This document shows, one piece after another, positions 11,424 to 22,564 of a DNA stretch of 64,000 bases; positions within the stretch are counted from its first letter, which is position 1, and every line of letters starts with the position of its first letter. The translations under genes were made by a program, and so were the position numbers. The stretch is from Nitrosopumilus sp. Lineage in GTDB: Archaea > Thermoproteota > Nitrososphaeria > Nitrososphaerales > Nitrosopumilaceae. The notes below the pieces were generated by a model. That model had not been told where the DNA came from and did not search any database. It saw only the letters and a program-made list of their open reading frames with translations. The DNA lies in assembly GCA_965207445.1 (NCBI GenBank), contig CBDBLX010000002.1, forward strand, positions 352,001-416,000. Direction: 5' to 3'.

Positions 11424-12793
11424 CGGTCATACAACTCGTGTTCCACTTTACCAAACTCTTCTTGTGATATTCCACTCTCATCATCAAATGGTATGGATAT
11501 TATGTTATAGCTTTCATCCTTGTTTTTTCTAAAGACGTATGGGGATACATCATCTGCTGTAATATGTGTCTCTACTTTTAGTCTCTTTCTTCTCTTCTCA
11601 TCTAGTCTGTCAGCAAGCACATATTTACCAAATTCGGCCAAAAGAAATGTACTGTGTGTAGTGACCAATACCTTTAGACCGGACTGAACCATCTTTATGA
11701 TATGTTTGGCAAGTAATGCCTGTGCATGTGGGTGAAGGTGTGATTCGGGTTCTTCTATTATGAGTAGACTCCCCTCTTCTACTATATACTTCAAGTAGAT
11801 CAAAAGTGGAGCAAGCTCCGAGACTGCAGAAGACGCATTATCAAGTGGAATGGTATTACCATCAAAAGTGTAAAAAAGTTGAGGTATGCTTTGTTTATCT
11901 ACACGAGTGTCGATCTTACCACGAAACACGTCGGATTCCATCTCTTCTGCCAATTTAAAAAATGGGGTTTTTTTGTGCTGTAATGTAATCAAGGGTGTAA
12001 TAAAATCTGTAATTATGCCATCAATTACTGGTTTCTCGATATTTCTCAATATAGAATAACTAAGATCTTCAATTACAGAAGCAGCTGTTTCAGGATATGT
12101 TTTCAAAATACCCGATCGTGATGCAGGAAAATAAAATGGGATCAACTGCTGCACGCTATTTATCAGTAGATCCAAGCGTATTACGTTTATTATTAGATTG
12201 ATGGTGTCGTGGTTGAGAAATGTTTGTTTGTATTTTTTGCCTATTGTTATAGTGATTGAAGATTTATCTTTTGTTACCTCAAATGTTTTTATATGATTTG
12301 ATATTTTAATTATATATTTTGTGTCTGGCAGTGTAATTTTTTTAATCTCAAGATTACCATTCAAGTCAACTATCACATCAGCAAAGGTAGAAATTTTAAT
12401 TTTTGTGTGTGGGGTATTTTTTCTTGTTAAATTTTTAATGGATGTAAAAAAATTCCTCTCTAAATTTTGTTTAAGATTGTTATCAAACATTTCTTTGATT
12501 ATAAGAGAATACATATTTTTTAAGGCATCTGGAGGAATCTCAATTATATCACTTTTATTATTGCGCATGATAGCGCTTAATTCTTTTTTTATGGATTTAC
12601 GTAGGTGGTGGGGCAAATAACCTGGCCGAAAAAGACCACGTAGATTTTCAGAATTTAAGATAGAGTATATGAGAGTAGACATGTATGATTTGCCAGAGTT
12701 GCTAGGACCTATGAATATGGTCAGTGGTTTTAGAGACACTGTGCCTTTTTTAATAGGGCCAAAGTTTTCTACTGTAACTTGACGTGGATTCAT
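11387..12793 (-). CDS. ABC-type ATPase (AAA_15/AAA_21-like)
   Basis: VENFGPI, Walker A GPSNSGKS, signature SSAVSEL, Walker B IIEEPESHLHP, H-loop VTTHS. Confidence 0.9.
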   Translation of the reverse strand: MNPRQVTVENFGPIKKGTVSLKPLTIFIGPSNSGKSYMSTLIYSILNSENLRGLFRPGYLPHHLRKSIKKELSAIMRNNKSDIIEIPPDALKNMYSLIIKEMFDNNLKQNLERNFFTSIKNLTRKNTPHTKIKISTFADVIVDLNGNLEIKKITLPDTKYIIKISNHIKTFEVTKDKSSITITIGKKYKQTFLNHDTINLIINVIRLDLLINSVQQLIPFYFPASRSGILKTYPETAASVIEDLSYSILRNIEKPVIDGIITDFITPLITLQHKKTPFFKLAEEMESDVFRGKIDTRVDKQSIPQLFYTFDGNTIPLDNASSAVSELAPLLIYLKYIVEEGSLLIIEEPESHLHPHAQALLAKHIIKMVQSGLKVLVTTHSTFLLAEFGKYVLADRLDEKRRKRLKVETHITADDVSPYVFRKNKDESYNIISIPFDDESGISQEEFGKVEHELYDRWLKVVSNLPIK

Positions 12794-12843
12794 GAGTAGA
12801 GTACTTTATATGCCGTTAAAAATAGCTTTGTACCAAATCAGGT

Positions 12844-12925
12844 GTAACTGTTCAAACCCCGTTACCTGCGCCAGACGTTAGGCGGTGAATTTGTGCTTAA
12901 ATTTGAGAATAGATTGAACGGTTAC
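12844..12925. mobile_element. ~80-bp MITE with GTAAC(C/T)GTTCAA ends
   Basis: gtaactgttcaa...ttgaacggttac; interior similar to 56140-56221 and 40920-40985. Confidence 0.7.
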
Positions 12926-13102
12926 ACGGGCATTTTTTTTGTGTAGATGTTGTGTATATGATATATGTCAAATGTTTATTTATAATCAAATGATGTGACA
13001 TGTCTGCGGCAATTTATTTGACAACTGACTATGAGCAAGTCTGTGACACGTCTCGCTAACTATGAAAATGTTTATGAAAATTGTACTATTCAAACTATGT
13101 AA

Positions 13103-13642
13103 TTATTTATACTGTTTTGTATTTTTTATACTGTTCATAAGATATTTCCATTTATCATGTGCTTTTTGGACTTGAGTGCGACGAAAATTACTTTTTATTA
13201 TGTGTACTTTGTCAATTAACTCTTCTTTTTTTATGTGTGGTGTATTTGTATTGACAAAATCTATTGTTGTTGCCAGCTCGATCTCTTTCTTTTCCCATTT
13301 TGATAACTGTGATATGAGTGTGCGTGTATTTTTTACTTTTATGGGATCACAAATATTTTCTGTAAATTTATCTACGGTGCGTTTGCCCTTATCTGTGAGC
13401 CTAAAAAGGTGCGGCGTCTCATTACCTTGTTCGATTAATTTAATATTCTCTGCTATTTGTATGGTGTTGGTAAGCTGAAAAGAAAAAGGTCCATAATAAT
13501 GTAGTTGATAGTATCCTACATCCCATTCCAAATATTTACAAAAATATGCTATCTTTTGTAACATTGTTCTTCCAACTATCTCGTGATTATTGCCACCATC
13601 AACAATCATGCAAAGTAATCCAACTCTATCAAGCATTCCCAT
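13103..13642 (-). CDS. YwgA/DUF4065-like winged-helix protein
   Basis: GRTMLQKIAYF...YQLHYYGPFS...YRLT-like (FRLTDKG)...IELATTI pattern. Confidence 0.7.
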   Translation of the reverse strand: MGMLDRVGLLCMIVDGGNNHEIVGRTMLQKIAYFCKYLEWDVGYYQLHYYGPFSFQLTNTIQIAENIKLIEQGNETPHLFRLTDKGKRTVDKFTENICDPIKVKNTRTLISQLSKWEKKEIELATTIDFVNTNTPHIKKEELIDKVHIIKSNFRRTQVQKAHDKWKYLMNSIKNTKQYK

Positions 13643-13711
13643 AATGTTTCACCATGTGTAGTTTCTATTAGATGTTTAATCTTTTGATTTTGGATTGGGT
13701 GCTCACGTCGT

Positions 13712-15928
13712 TTACTTATCTAGTATATTTTTGATACTGTCAACTACAAGCTCATTTATGGTCTGACCTGGTGCCTTACCCCTTAACTTTTTCATTGCAA
13801 TTCCCATAAGCGGCTTTGCAGCACGTGTACCTTGATTTTTAATCATGTCTTTGTTGTCTTGTATTATTTGGTTTATAGTATGTGCAAGTTCTTCTTTGCT
13901 GATGTTTTGTATGGATGCAGATTTTATAGCATCTGCGATGGTCTTTGATTTTTTAGTCATTATCTTTTGAAATATTATCTCAATTGACTCTTTTGTAATC
14001 TCTTTTTTGTATAGCAGACCAAAGGTCTCTCGTATCATATCATCACTCAAAAGATTTGAGTCAGTATCATTCTGTCTCTCTAGATTCGTTATGGTTGAAC
14101 ATAACACTGATGCTACAAATGTGGGCGTTGTCTGATTTTTGTTCTGAACAGTGTCCGTATCGTGTTTGTTATTGATATTATCATTGTTTGATATACCTGC
14201 TGCAATCTCCTCAAATAATTCCAAACGTGTCGAATCCCACAATTGTTCTGCAAGTTGTTGATTAATCCCATATGCGGACTGTAAATTTTGTATTGACTCG
14301 TCCCATGGTTTTGGTATATTTGATTTGGCATAGTTGATCTCATTTTGTGTAATTGGTATGGTTTGGATATCAGTCTCCGGATACATTCGTGCAGCTCCTG
14401 GCCGTGGCCTCTGAAATACAGTCTTGCCATCTATAGTTGCATATCTTGTATCTGCTGGAATGCCGTTTTGTGCTATCTGTTGAACTCTGTGTATGATTTG
14501 ATTTATGATTGCATCTGTCTTTGCATGTGGTGCTACAAGCATAAAAAATGCATCGCAGTTGTGTTGATCAATGTTTAACAACTCTGATACATTTTGTACA
14601 TCTTTGCTAGTTATACCATATGCAGGAAGCTCATCAGAGTGAAATATGCCACCAATCCCAAATAGTTTTACTAGTTGTGCAATCTCTTTACCTAGTCTGA
14701 CATCTTTGTATGGTGTATATCCAAATATTCCTTTTGCACCTCTAAATGCTACTGCTATGATGTGATTATCTTGTTGTTTTTGTTGTGGTGATTGTTGTTG
14801 TTGTTTTTCCTGTTTTAATGCCTTTTGTATTATCTTGGATTCTGAGTCTCTAAACACATCAGTCACATCTACTATATCCTTTGATGGATTATGTACCCAT
14901 CCACATTTTTGTAACTTTTTTGATATCTCAAGCAATCCATTCTGCCTTTGTGCCTCATATTTTACCACGTTTTCTATCTGGTCAAGTTGTTGTACGCCTT
15001 TGACCTCTACAACTATTCCATTTCCATTTGCTATGCTTACATTGACATCTTGTCTTATGGAACCTAATCCACGTGTGACCATTCTGGTGCTACGAAGTAT
15101 CCTGCCTAGCGTCAATGCTACTATCTTTACAGTATTGAAATCTGATACGGGAAATGGCTCTGTTGCAATCTCAACGAGTGGAACCCCGAGTCGTTCTAGT
15201 CCATATTTTTTAATATCTTGTTTAATATCCTGCTTGATATGATTATTACTATTATGATCATTTTTTGTATCTATCTTTTTTGCAGCATCTTCTTCCAAGC
15301 ATATTGACTGGACTCCGATTGTCTGTCTTTGTTTTCCATTTAATATAGAAAATGATCCTCCTTGGGACACTAGTATTGTGCGTTGGAATCCTGCTGTATT
15401 TGAGCCATCCACGACTGTTTTTCTCATTGTATGTAGTTCTGTGTATATACGCGAGTTTAATGCAGATGCAATTAAGAGTGCAATTTTCTTGGCATCTACA
15501 TCCAATTCATGGGGTGGCTCTTCGTCTTGCTCTACTAGACAACTGCTATTATAATTTGCATAATATTTGATAGTCTTTGCTTTTGTGCCCTCAAAGATGG
15601 CTGCTGCATCGTGTTTGCCCATCTCACCACTTGATGGTCTTAATCGTCGCTCAAATGATGTTGTATACGAGTCAGGCTCTAAGGGTGCACAACTACAAAA
15701 CAACTTTTTTCCAGTTGCAAGTTGTTGGTGTATCTCTAATCCTACTTTAACGCCTGTTATGTTGTCTGATTCTGTTGTTGTTGTGGTGTCAGTTGTATCA
15801 TTTGTGTTGGTGGTGTCAGTGGTGTCAGTTGTTGTTGCCGTTGGTGTGATGGTTGTTTGTGTTGTTGCAGTTGTTGCAGTTGCAGTTGCAGTTGTTACTG
15901 CTGTCTGTATACCTGCATCCCCATTCAC
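13712..15928 (-). CDS. gatE: Glu-tRNA(Gln) amidotransferase subunit E with low-complexity insertions
   Basis: KVGLEIHQQL..KLFC, MRKTVVDGSN, LEEDAA, GLGSIRQDVNVSI, RPGAARMYPETD. Confidence 0.96.
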   Translation of the reverse strand: MNGDAGIQTAVTTATATATTATTQTTITPTATTTDTTDTTNTNDTTDTTTTTESDNITGVKVGLEIHQQLATGKKLFCSCAPLEPDSYTTSFERRLRPSSGEMGKHDAAAIFEGTKAKTIKYYANYNSSCLVEQDEEPPHELDVDAKKIALLIASALNSRIYTELHTMRKTVVDGSNTAGFQRTILVSQGGSFSILNGKQRQTIGVQSICLEEDAAKKIDTKNDHNSNNHIKQDIKQDIKKYGLERLGVPLVEIATEPFPVSDFNTVKIVALTLGRILRSTRMVTRGLGSIRQDVNVSIANGNGIVVEVKGVQQLDQIENVVKYEAQRQNGLLEISKKLQKCGWVHNPSKDIVDVTDVFRDSESKIIQKALKQEKQQQQSPQQKQQDNHIIAVAFRGAKGIFGYTPYKDVRLGKEIAQLVKLFGIGGIFHSDELPAYGITSKDVQNVSELLNIDQHNCDAFFMLVAPHAKTDAIINQIIHRVQQIAQNGIPADTRYATIDGKTVFQRPRPGAARMYPETDIQTIPITQNEINYAKSNIPKPWDESIQNLQSAYGINQQLAEQLWDSTRLELFEEIAAGISNNDNINNKHDTDTVQNKNQTTPTFVASVLCSTITNLERQNDTDSNLLSDDMIRETFGLLYKKEITKESIEIIFQKIMTKKSKTIADAIKSASIQNISKEELAHTINQIIQDNKDMIKNQGTRAAKPLMGIAMKKLRGKAPGQTINELVVDSIKNILDK

Positions 15929-17544
15929 AACACACTCACCTCTGATGCGATATTTTGCAACATTATCTCTTTGATTTCACTTGCATTATCTGCATGTCCT
16001 GCAGCCCACATAGCCTTGACTAGTGCCACTTCTGGCAACATATCATACAATGGCACCACGCCCATATTCATCAAGTCTCGTCCGCTCTCATATACTGTCA
16101 TTCTAACTCTACCTTGTATACACTGTGACGTCATTCCTAAAAATATGCCACTATTGGCAGCTCGTCTCACCTGTTCGTATAACGTTTTGCCTACATGTCC
16201 CAAACCTGTCCCTTCAAATATTATGGCTTTGTATTTAGAGTCTATCATATGTTCAATTATATTTTTATCGTATCCTGGATAATATTTTACCAGTGCTACT
16301 TTTTGATCAAGGTTTATCTTTGGTGTATATTTTTGAGTGTCCTTTTCATCTGTTGTACTATCTGTGATGGTTGTAGCAACATTACTATCTGTGATAATTG
16401 TTGTGACATTACCATCTGCTGATACCACATATGCTGGTTCTGCACCAATGGTCTCAAATGCATCCCGCTTACTAGTATGCATCTTTCTGACACGTGTTCC
16501 AATGTGGCATGCTATTGTATCGTCCCCTGTATTTTTATGCATTGCCACATATACTGCATTCTTACCCTTTTGTGATGTGATGAATCGAGCAGCACCTAAA
16601 AGATTCGTTGCAGCATCAGATGATGCTCTGTCCGATGACCTTTGCGCACCCACCAATACTATGGGAATTGGAAATTTTGCAAGTGCAAATGACAAAAATG
16701 CAGATGTGTAATGTATGGTGTCAGTGCCGTGTGCTATAATAATGCCATCATAATGGGGGGTCTCGTTTCTTTTATCATCATCGCCACCACCACCATCATC
16801 ACCGTTACTTGTATAGTCATATTTGGTACAATTTACAATCTCTTTTGCAATATGTTGCCAGTGCTCTGGTGTGACATTCTCAGAGTACTCTGATAATATA
16901 ACTTTGGTATCAATTGCAGCTATACTGCCTAGCTCTGGTACTGCTTTGTGCAGATCATCTGCTGATAATACTGGTGTGACGGCACCCGTCCTATAGTCAA
17001 TTCTACTTGCTATTGTGCCACCTGTTGATAACAATAGTATTCTTTTTTCTGTTTTGTTGTTTGATTTCTGGTGTGATGCAGAAATGTTATTTTTATGATC
17101 ATTTATTGTCGATACTATTGTTGTGGGATCTTTACTATGTTGTTGCTGTTGTGATTGTGGTTGTGATTGCTGTTGCGATACTATCTTTACACTCTCTATT
17201 GTATCTGTGTTGATTCCTACATTGTATCCACTCTTGAGTTTTATTACAACATGTTTGTCATCATCATATTCGTATCTGGGCATTAAAATTCCAGTATGTG
17301 TGGCATTTTTTGATATGATTGTAATGGTATCGCCGACTAGTATAGTTTTTTCATTATTATTATTATTTAAAATTTCAAGTGCTGTGCCGTGGTATCCGTT
17401 TTGAGACAGGTGTGTTGTGTCGTTATTATTGTGGTGGCTACTACCACTACTACTATCCACACTACTATTATCATCATCATTATCCCCATCACACCTGCAA
17501 TTATCATCAAACGTATGCTCGTCTGAGATGCCATAATTGTGCAT
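15925..17544 (-). CDS. gatD: Glu-tRNA(Gln) amidotransferase subunit D with low-complexity insertions
   Basis: KLKSGYNVG, TGGTIASRIDYRTGAV, HGTDT, GAQRSSDR, RKMHTSKRDAF. Confidence 0.96.
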   Translation of the reverse strand: MHNYGISDEHTFDDNCRCDGDNDDDNSSVDSSSGSSHHNNNDTTHLSQNGYHGTALEILNNNNNEKTILVGDTITIISKNATHTGILMPRYEYDDDKHVVIKLKSGYNVGINTDTIESVKIVSQQQSQPQSQQQQHSKDPTTIVSTINDHKNNISASHQKSNNKTEKRILLLSTGGTIASRIDYRTGAVTPVLSADDLHKAVPELGSIAAIDTKVILSEYSENVTPEHWQHIAKEIVNCTKYDYTSNGDDGGGGDDDKRNETPHYDGIIIAHGTDTIHYTSAFLSFALAKFPIPIVLVGAQRSSDRASSDAATNLLGAARFITSQKGKNAVYVAMHKNTGDDTIACHIGTRVRKMHTSKRDAFETIGAEPAYVVSADGNVTTIITDSNVATTITDSTTDEKDTQKYTPKINLDQKVALVKYYPGYDKNIIEHMIDSKYKAIIFEGTGLGHVGKTLYEQVRRAANSGIFLGMTSQCIQGRVRMTVYESGRDLMNMGVVPLYDMLPEVALVKAMWAAGHADNASEIKEIMLQNIASEVSVL

Positions 17545-17556
17545 TACACATACAAC

Positions 17557-19743
17557 TTATCTGTAATAAGATACTGCTAACTTTTCGCCTAGTTTCAAGT
17601 CTTTTTGCTCTCTGACCTTTTTTACTGCTTCCTCAAAGTGCCTCATCGTGACTCTGGCCTCTGTACTCTTCTTTTCTACATCTTTAACATCAGGATGTGC
17701 ATCCAAAAACTCATGTATCACAAGTGAGACTGCCGTATTTGCAATCGATGCTGTATCTGCACCGCTCAATCCATCTGTCATCTCTGCAATCTTCTCAAAG
17801 TTTACTCTCTGTGGGTCATCTACACTATCAACTGTTGGTATCTTTTTGGCATTAATGCGTAGTATGTTGATGCGACTCTCCTTGTCTGGCAATGGAATCT
17901 GGATTATCTTATCAAATCTACCTGGTCTTAGCAACGCCGGATCTATCATATCTGCTCGATTAGTTGCTGCTAAAACTACGACACCATGCATATTCTCCAT
18001 ACCATCGAGTTCTGTCAAGAGTTGTGATACAACTCTCTCCGTTACAGCAGTCTCACCACCCGCACCTCTAATTGGTGCAATAGAGTCGATCTCATCGAAA
18101 AATACAACACACGGTGCTGATTGGCGTGCCCTCTTGAAAATTTCTCTAATTCCGCGCTCAGACTCACCTACCCACTTTGAGAGCAGTTCTGGCCCTCGTA
18201 CAGAGACAAAGTTAGCCTCACTTTGGGTTGCTACTGCTTTTGCCAATAATGTTTTACCTGTACCACTTGGACCATGCAACAGAATACCGCGGGGCATGTT
18301 ATGTCCTAGTTTATCATATAATCCTGGATACTTCATTGGCCACTCTACTGCCTCTTGCAAGTCACGTTTTACCTCTTCTAGTCCTCCTACCTCTTCCCAT
18401 TTTACATCTGGATTCTCTATGAATACTTCACGCATGCCTGATGGTGTGACCTCTATGAGTGCTTTTGTAAAGTCCTCGTGATTTACGACTAGTTTGTCTA
18501 GTGTCTCTGGTGGGATCTTTTCTTCTTCCAAGTTTAATATTGGCAATAATCTTCTGAGGCATTTCATGGCAGCTTCTTTACACAGATATTCCAAGTCTGC
18601 TCCTACATACCCGTGACTGATTGCTGATATCTTGTCAGTATTCACATCATCATCAAGTGGCATGTTGCGGCTATGTATTGCCAAGATGTCTTTGCGGCCC
18701 TTTTTATCAGGTACCTTGATCTCTATCTCTCGATCAAATCTTCCTGGCCTGCGCAATGCAGGATCTATTGCATTTGGTCTATTTGTTGCAGATATTACTA
18801 TAACCTTGCCACGTGCCTCTAATCCGTCCATTAGTGATAACATTTGGGATACGACTCTGCGTTCTACCTCACCTGTGACCTCTTCTCGCTTTGGTGCTAT
18901 AGAGTCGATCTCATCTACGAATATTATCGATGGTGCCTTTTCCCTTGCTTCTTTGAATATCTCACGTAATCGAGCCTCACTCTCACCATAAAACTTACTC
19001 ATTATCTCTGGTCCTGATATACTGATAAAGTGTGCATTACTCTCATTTGCAACTGCTTTTGCTAGCAATGTCTTGCCTGTGCCTGGTGGTCCATACAAGA
19101 GTACACCTTTTGGAGCCTCTATTCCGAGCTTTTCAAATATTTCTGGATGTCTGAGTGGTAGTTCGATCATCTCCCTTACCTTTTTTATCTCATCAGTTAA
19201 TCCACCAATATCCTCATACGTGACTTGGGGAACACCTCTTAATGTCTCACCCTTTTCTGCAATTGTAAATACTGTCTTTTGTGTCACTAGTACTGCATCT
19301 GATGCAGGTGAGACTGATATTACTTGAAATGTTAGTCTGCCGCCAAAATATGGTACCATTACATTGTCCCCTTTTATCAGTGGAACACTCTCTAGTGCGT
19401 CTGCTAAATAACGCTCATCAATTGGTGGTATCGATTCTAGTGGAGCTACTACTATGCGCTCTGCTGCTACTGCCTTTATCTTTTTGACTGTAATTGTATC
19501 GCCTATTGCAATGCCAGAGTTATTGCGGCCAAGCCCATCAATCCTGATAATTCCTTTACCCTCATCTGATGGGTACAGCGGTAGACACTTTGCTACTGTT
19601 CTACGCTTTCCCTTTATCTCTATCACATCACCTGTTGATGCTGTTAGTGTGTCCATCGAATCATAGTCTATTCTTGCAACACCTCTTCCAACGTCTCTTG
19701 TGTATGCCTCTAAGACTTTTAGGGATAGTCCATTTTGACTCAT
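17557..19743 (-). CDS. cdc48: CDC48/VCP family AAA ATPase
   Basis: [10 protein letters not shown]-domain, two AAA modules ([16 protein letters not shown]), C-terminal YYR. Confidence 0.97.
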   Translation of the reverse strand: MSQNGLSLKVLEAYTRDVGRGVARIDYDSMDTLTASTGDVIEIKGKRRTVAKCLPLYPSDEGKGIIRIDGLGRNNSGIAIGDTITVKKIKAVAAERIVVAPLESIPPIDERYLADALESVPLIKGDNVMVPYFGGRLTFQVISVSPASDAVLVTQKTVFTIAEKGETLRGVPQVTYEDIGGLTDEIKKVREMIELPLRHPEIFEKLGIEAPKGVLLYGPPGTGKTLLAKAVANESNAHFISISGPEIMSKFYGESEARLREIFKEAREKAPSIIFVDEIDSIAPKREEVTGEVERRVVSQMLSLMDGLEARGKVIVISATNRPNAIDPALRRPGRFDREIEIKVPDKKGRKDILAIHSRNMPLDDDVNTDKISAISHGYVGADLEYLCKEAAMKCLRRLLPILNLEEEKIPPETLDKLVVNHEDFTKALIEVTPSGMREVFIENPDVKWEEVGGLEEVKRDLQEAVEWPMKYPGLYDKLGHNMPRGILLHGPSGTGKTLLAKAVATQSEANFVSVRGPELLSKWVGESERGIREIFKRARQSAPCVVFFDEIDSIAPIRGAGGETAVTERVVSQLLTELDGMENMHGVVVLAATNRADMIDPALLRPGRFDKIIQIPLPDKESRINILRINAKKIPTVDSVDDPQRVNFEKIAEMTDGLSGADTASIANTAVSLVIHEFLDAHPDVKDVEKKSTEARVTMRHFEEAVKKVREQKDLKLGEKLAVSYYR

Positions 19744-19789
19744 ATTGAGTTTGTTTCATGTCTACATTTTATACCTTTGTTAGTGTGTT

Positions 19790-19867
19790 GATGTAACCGT
19801 TCAACCCAATGTACCAAAGGTGCAGATGTTATACACGGGAGCAAAAAGGAGGTTGAACGGTTACATC
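19790..19867. repeat. 17-bp perfect inverted repeat / GTAACCGTTCAAC-ended MITE-like element upstream of cdc48
   Basis: gatgtaaccgttcaacc ... ggttgaacggttacatc. Confidence 0.75.
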
Positions 19868-20121
19868 TGTGTCTAGTGTATAGTAAATTAAACAATCATT
19901 GTTTATCTTACGTTTCCTGAAACTTTTCGTGAAAACAATGTGTTTACATTGAGACAATTTATATAAAAAGAAAAATTGGTCGTGTCCAATATACGATCAA
20001 TAATTCAAAGATATCTGTATTAGTGTGTCTTGGCGTGAACACATTTTTTACAATTCGTGAAAAATTTGATCACAGTACATAACAGTAACTGATAAATTAA
20101 TCACACAAAGGCAAACAATAG

Positions 20122-21318
20122 TTGGAACTTGATTTCATTACTCAAAATTCGATAATTTACGTACTGATGGCATGGGTTGTTGTTGTAATTGTGGCAAAAG
20201 CAATAAAACTCGACAGACACGGTTTTTCGATAACACCATACAGCCTAACTTACAAAAATGCTAGTGTAAATTCAGTTTTGATACGGATGCTTGGGCGCAC
20301 AAAGCGTGGAATTCGGATATTTGCTGATGTAAGTGTGGTGGCAGGATTCTTGATGATGGGATTTGCCTTTTGGTTTTTATTAAATAACGTCGCAAACTTT
20401 TTTGTTGCACAAGATGAATTCTCAGAACTGACCGTCCTCATACCCGGCGTCACATTAACATCTGCTTCTTCTATAATGTACTTTTTACTATCAATTCCGA
20501 TAGTGTTGGTGATACACGAGGGTGCACATGGTATAGTAGCTGCACTTGAGAGAATAAAGATTAAGACAGGTGGCTTTGCAGTATTCATAGCACTCTTTGC
20601 AGGATTCGTAGAGCCTGATGAGGATGAGTTTAAAAAAGCAAAACGTGTATCAAAACTTCGAGTTATAGGAGCAGGTGCTACATCAAATGTTATCTTTGCA
20701 TTTGCACTTGGTGCTATCTTGCTTACAAACCCATTCTTTGCACTTGTCATGCCAGAGCCTCTCTTAGGTTGGTTTTACGAGTTGCCAGAAGGTGTTTTAG
20801 TGTTATCTATTATCGAGGGTTCGGGTGCTGAGAGTGTCGGTATGCAAACCGGTGACATCATAACTAGTATAAATGACAAAGGTATACTGTCTCCGGTGGA
20901 CTTTCCACAGCTAGCGCCAGGCCAAAATGCTCAAGTAGAGGTACTGCGAGATGGGCAACAGATACTCTTTGATGTACCAATAACACCATCACCTGATGAC
21001 CCTGAGCGTGGATTGATCGGTATAATGAGGGACAACTCTCTTGCGTACACACCTGTAATGAATTTTATAGAATGGAATGATCCTGCTGTGTCGATGTTTT
21101 TGTTGTGGCTTTGGATGATCTCTTTTTTTATTGGGATCATCAATATGCTGCCACTACCGATACTCGATGGCGGCAAATTTATTCATAGTATATTGGAAGA
21201 AAAGATCTCCGAGCGCGCCGTCACGATTACCATGATTGGGATATATGCATTTACCTTTGTAGTGTTTATACTAAATATTGCACTCTCGTACGTAAAGTCC
21301 GGGTGGTTTACTATATGA
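20122..21318 (+). CDS. site-2 protease (M50) with PDZ domain
   Basis: HEGAH, GATSN, PDZ-like GMQTGDIITSIN, NMLPLPILDGG. Confidence 0.93.
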   Translation: MELDFITQNSIIYVLMAWVVVVIVAKAIKLDRHGFSITPYSLTYKNASVNSVLIRMLGRTKRGIRIFADVSVVAGFLMMGFAFWFLLNNVANFFVAQDEFSELTVLIPGVTLTSASSIMYFLLSIPIVLVIHEGAHGIVAALERIKIKTGGFAVFIALFAGFVEPDEDEFKKAKRVSKLRVIGAGATSNVIFAFALGAILLTNPFFALVMPEPLLGWFYELPEGVLVLSIIEGSGAESVGMQTGDIITSINDKGILSPVDFPQLAPGQNAQVEVLRDGQQILFDVPITPSPDDPERGLIGIMRDNSLAYTPVMNFIEWNDPAVSMFLLWLWMISFFIGIINMLPLPILDGGKFIHSILEEKISERAVTITMIGIYAFTFVVFILNIALSYVKSGWFTI

Positions 21319-22524
21319 CCATGTCACATTTATCTTCACCTCTATCTTCATCTTCACCATCACCACAACCACAACCACCACAACCACAACCATCACAATC
21401 ATCACCCCTCACTTCCCACTCTTCCCGCAATCCCTCACCATCAACACAATGTGACAATTGCTCCAATGCTGCTTCATATACTCGCAAATACTCTGGGCAA
21501 TCATTATGCATGTCATGTTTTAGACGCTCTATATCAAAAAAAGTCGCAAAGACCATCTCAAAATATAATATGATCAAAAATAATGAAAGCGTTGCTGTTG
21601 CCGTGTCTGGTGGCAAGGACTCACTTGCACTATTACATATAATGCACGAAATGTCTCAACATCATAATTTTAAGATAAATGTGATAACAATAGATGAGGG
21701 CATACCTGGATATAGAGACGAGGCACTCCGGATAGTATCTGATGTGTGTGGCTCGCTAAACCTTCAATACAATGTGTACTCTTATGAGGATCTTTTTGAT
21801 GTGACGTTAGATAAAGCATTAGAGATGCGAGACAAACAGAGCCAAAAGTTTTCTTCGTGCTCTATATGCGGTACACTCAGACGTAGGGCAATTGATATTG
21901 CTGCGCGAGATGTGGGTGCTGATGTTGTGGCCACTGGACACAATCTTGATGATATACTGCAGACGTTTCTTATCAATATGTTATCAGGTGATACTGATAA
22001 GATTGCATGGATGAGTCCTGCAGGGTCATCACACAATACGACTAGTAGAAGAATAAAGCCATTTTGTGAGATATACGAGTCAGAAATTGTGTATTATGCA
22101 TTTGCAAGCAAGATTCCATTTCAAGAAGAACCATGTCCTCATATGAATGAAGGAATGCGTACTGATATTCGAGAATTCTTCAACTTGTTAGAATCAGATC
22201 GGAGTGGTATTAAAAATAGCATGTATGCATCTGTGATCAAAATGGTGCAGATGGCTCATGCAACATTTGAGATTGCTACTAATAATTATGATTTACAGTC
22301 ACAACAGTCAAAACAACTCAAAGAACACAATTATTTCCAACAACCTGATTCCTTTACAACAACATACTACTCACGCCACCATTAACACCACCATTAATAC
22401 TACCACCACCACCAAAGTACACCCAAAGCGCCTCGCGCCCTGCATCAAATGTGGTGCTGACTGTACTGGTAATGATGATGGTATATGTTCTGTATGTGGT
22501 ATAATCTCAAAACTCACGCGTTAA
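21315..22524 (+). CDS. tRNA 2-thiolation protein (TtuA/Ncs6, TIGR00269-like); frameshifted, main frame stops at 22385 and C-terminal Zn finger lies in +1 frame
   Basis: N-terminal CDNC..CMSC, PP-loop AVSGGKDS, CSICGTLRR, TGHNLDD, CPH; CIKCG..CSVC in ORF 22258..22524; ATG 21315 overlaps upstream TGA. Confidence 0.88.
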
Positions 22525-22564
22525 TGTCCAATCTTAATGCAAATATAGCATTAGTGTGTAGAGT

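Noticed and set aside
17648..18481. Long antisense ORFs over cdc48 (and over ureC, DUR3, amt, atp genes)
   Set aside because: Shadow frames of well-supported genes, no motifs
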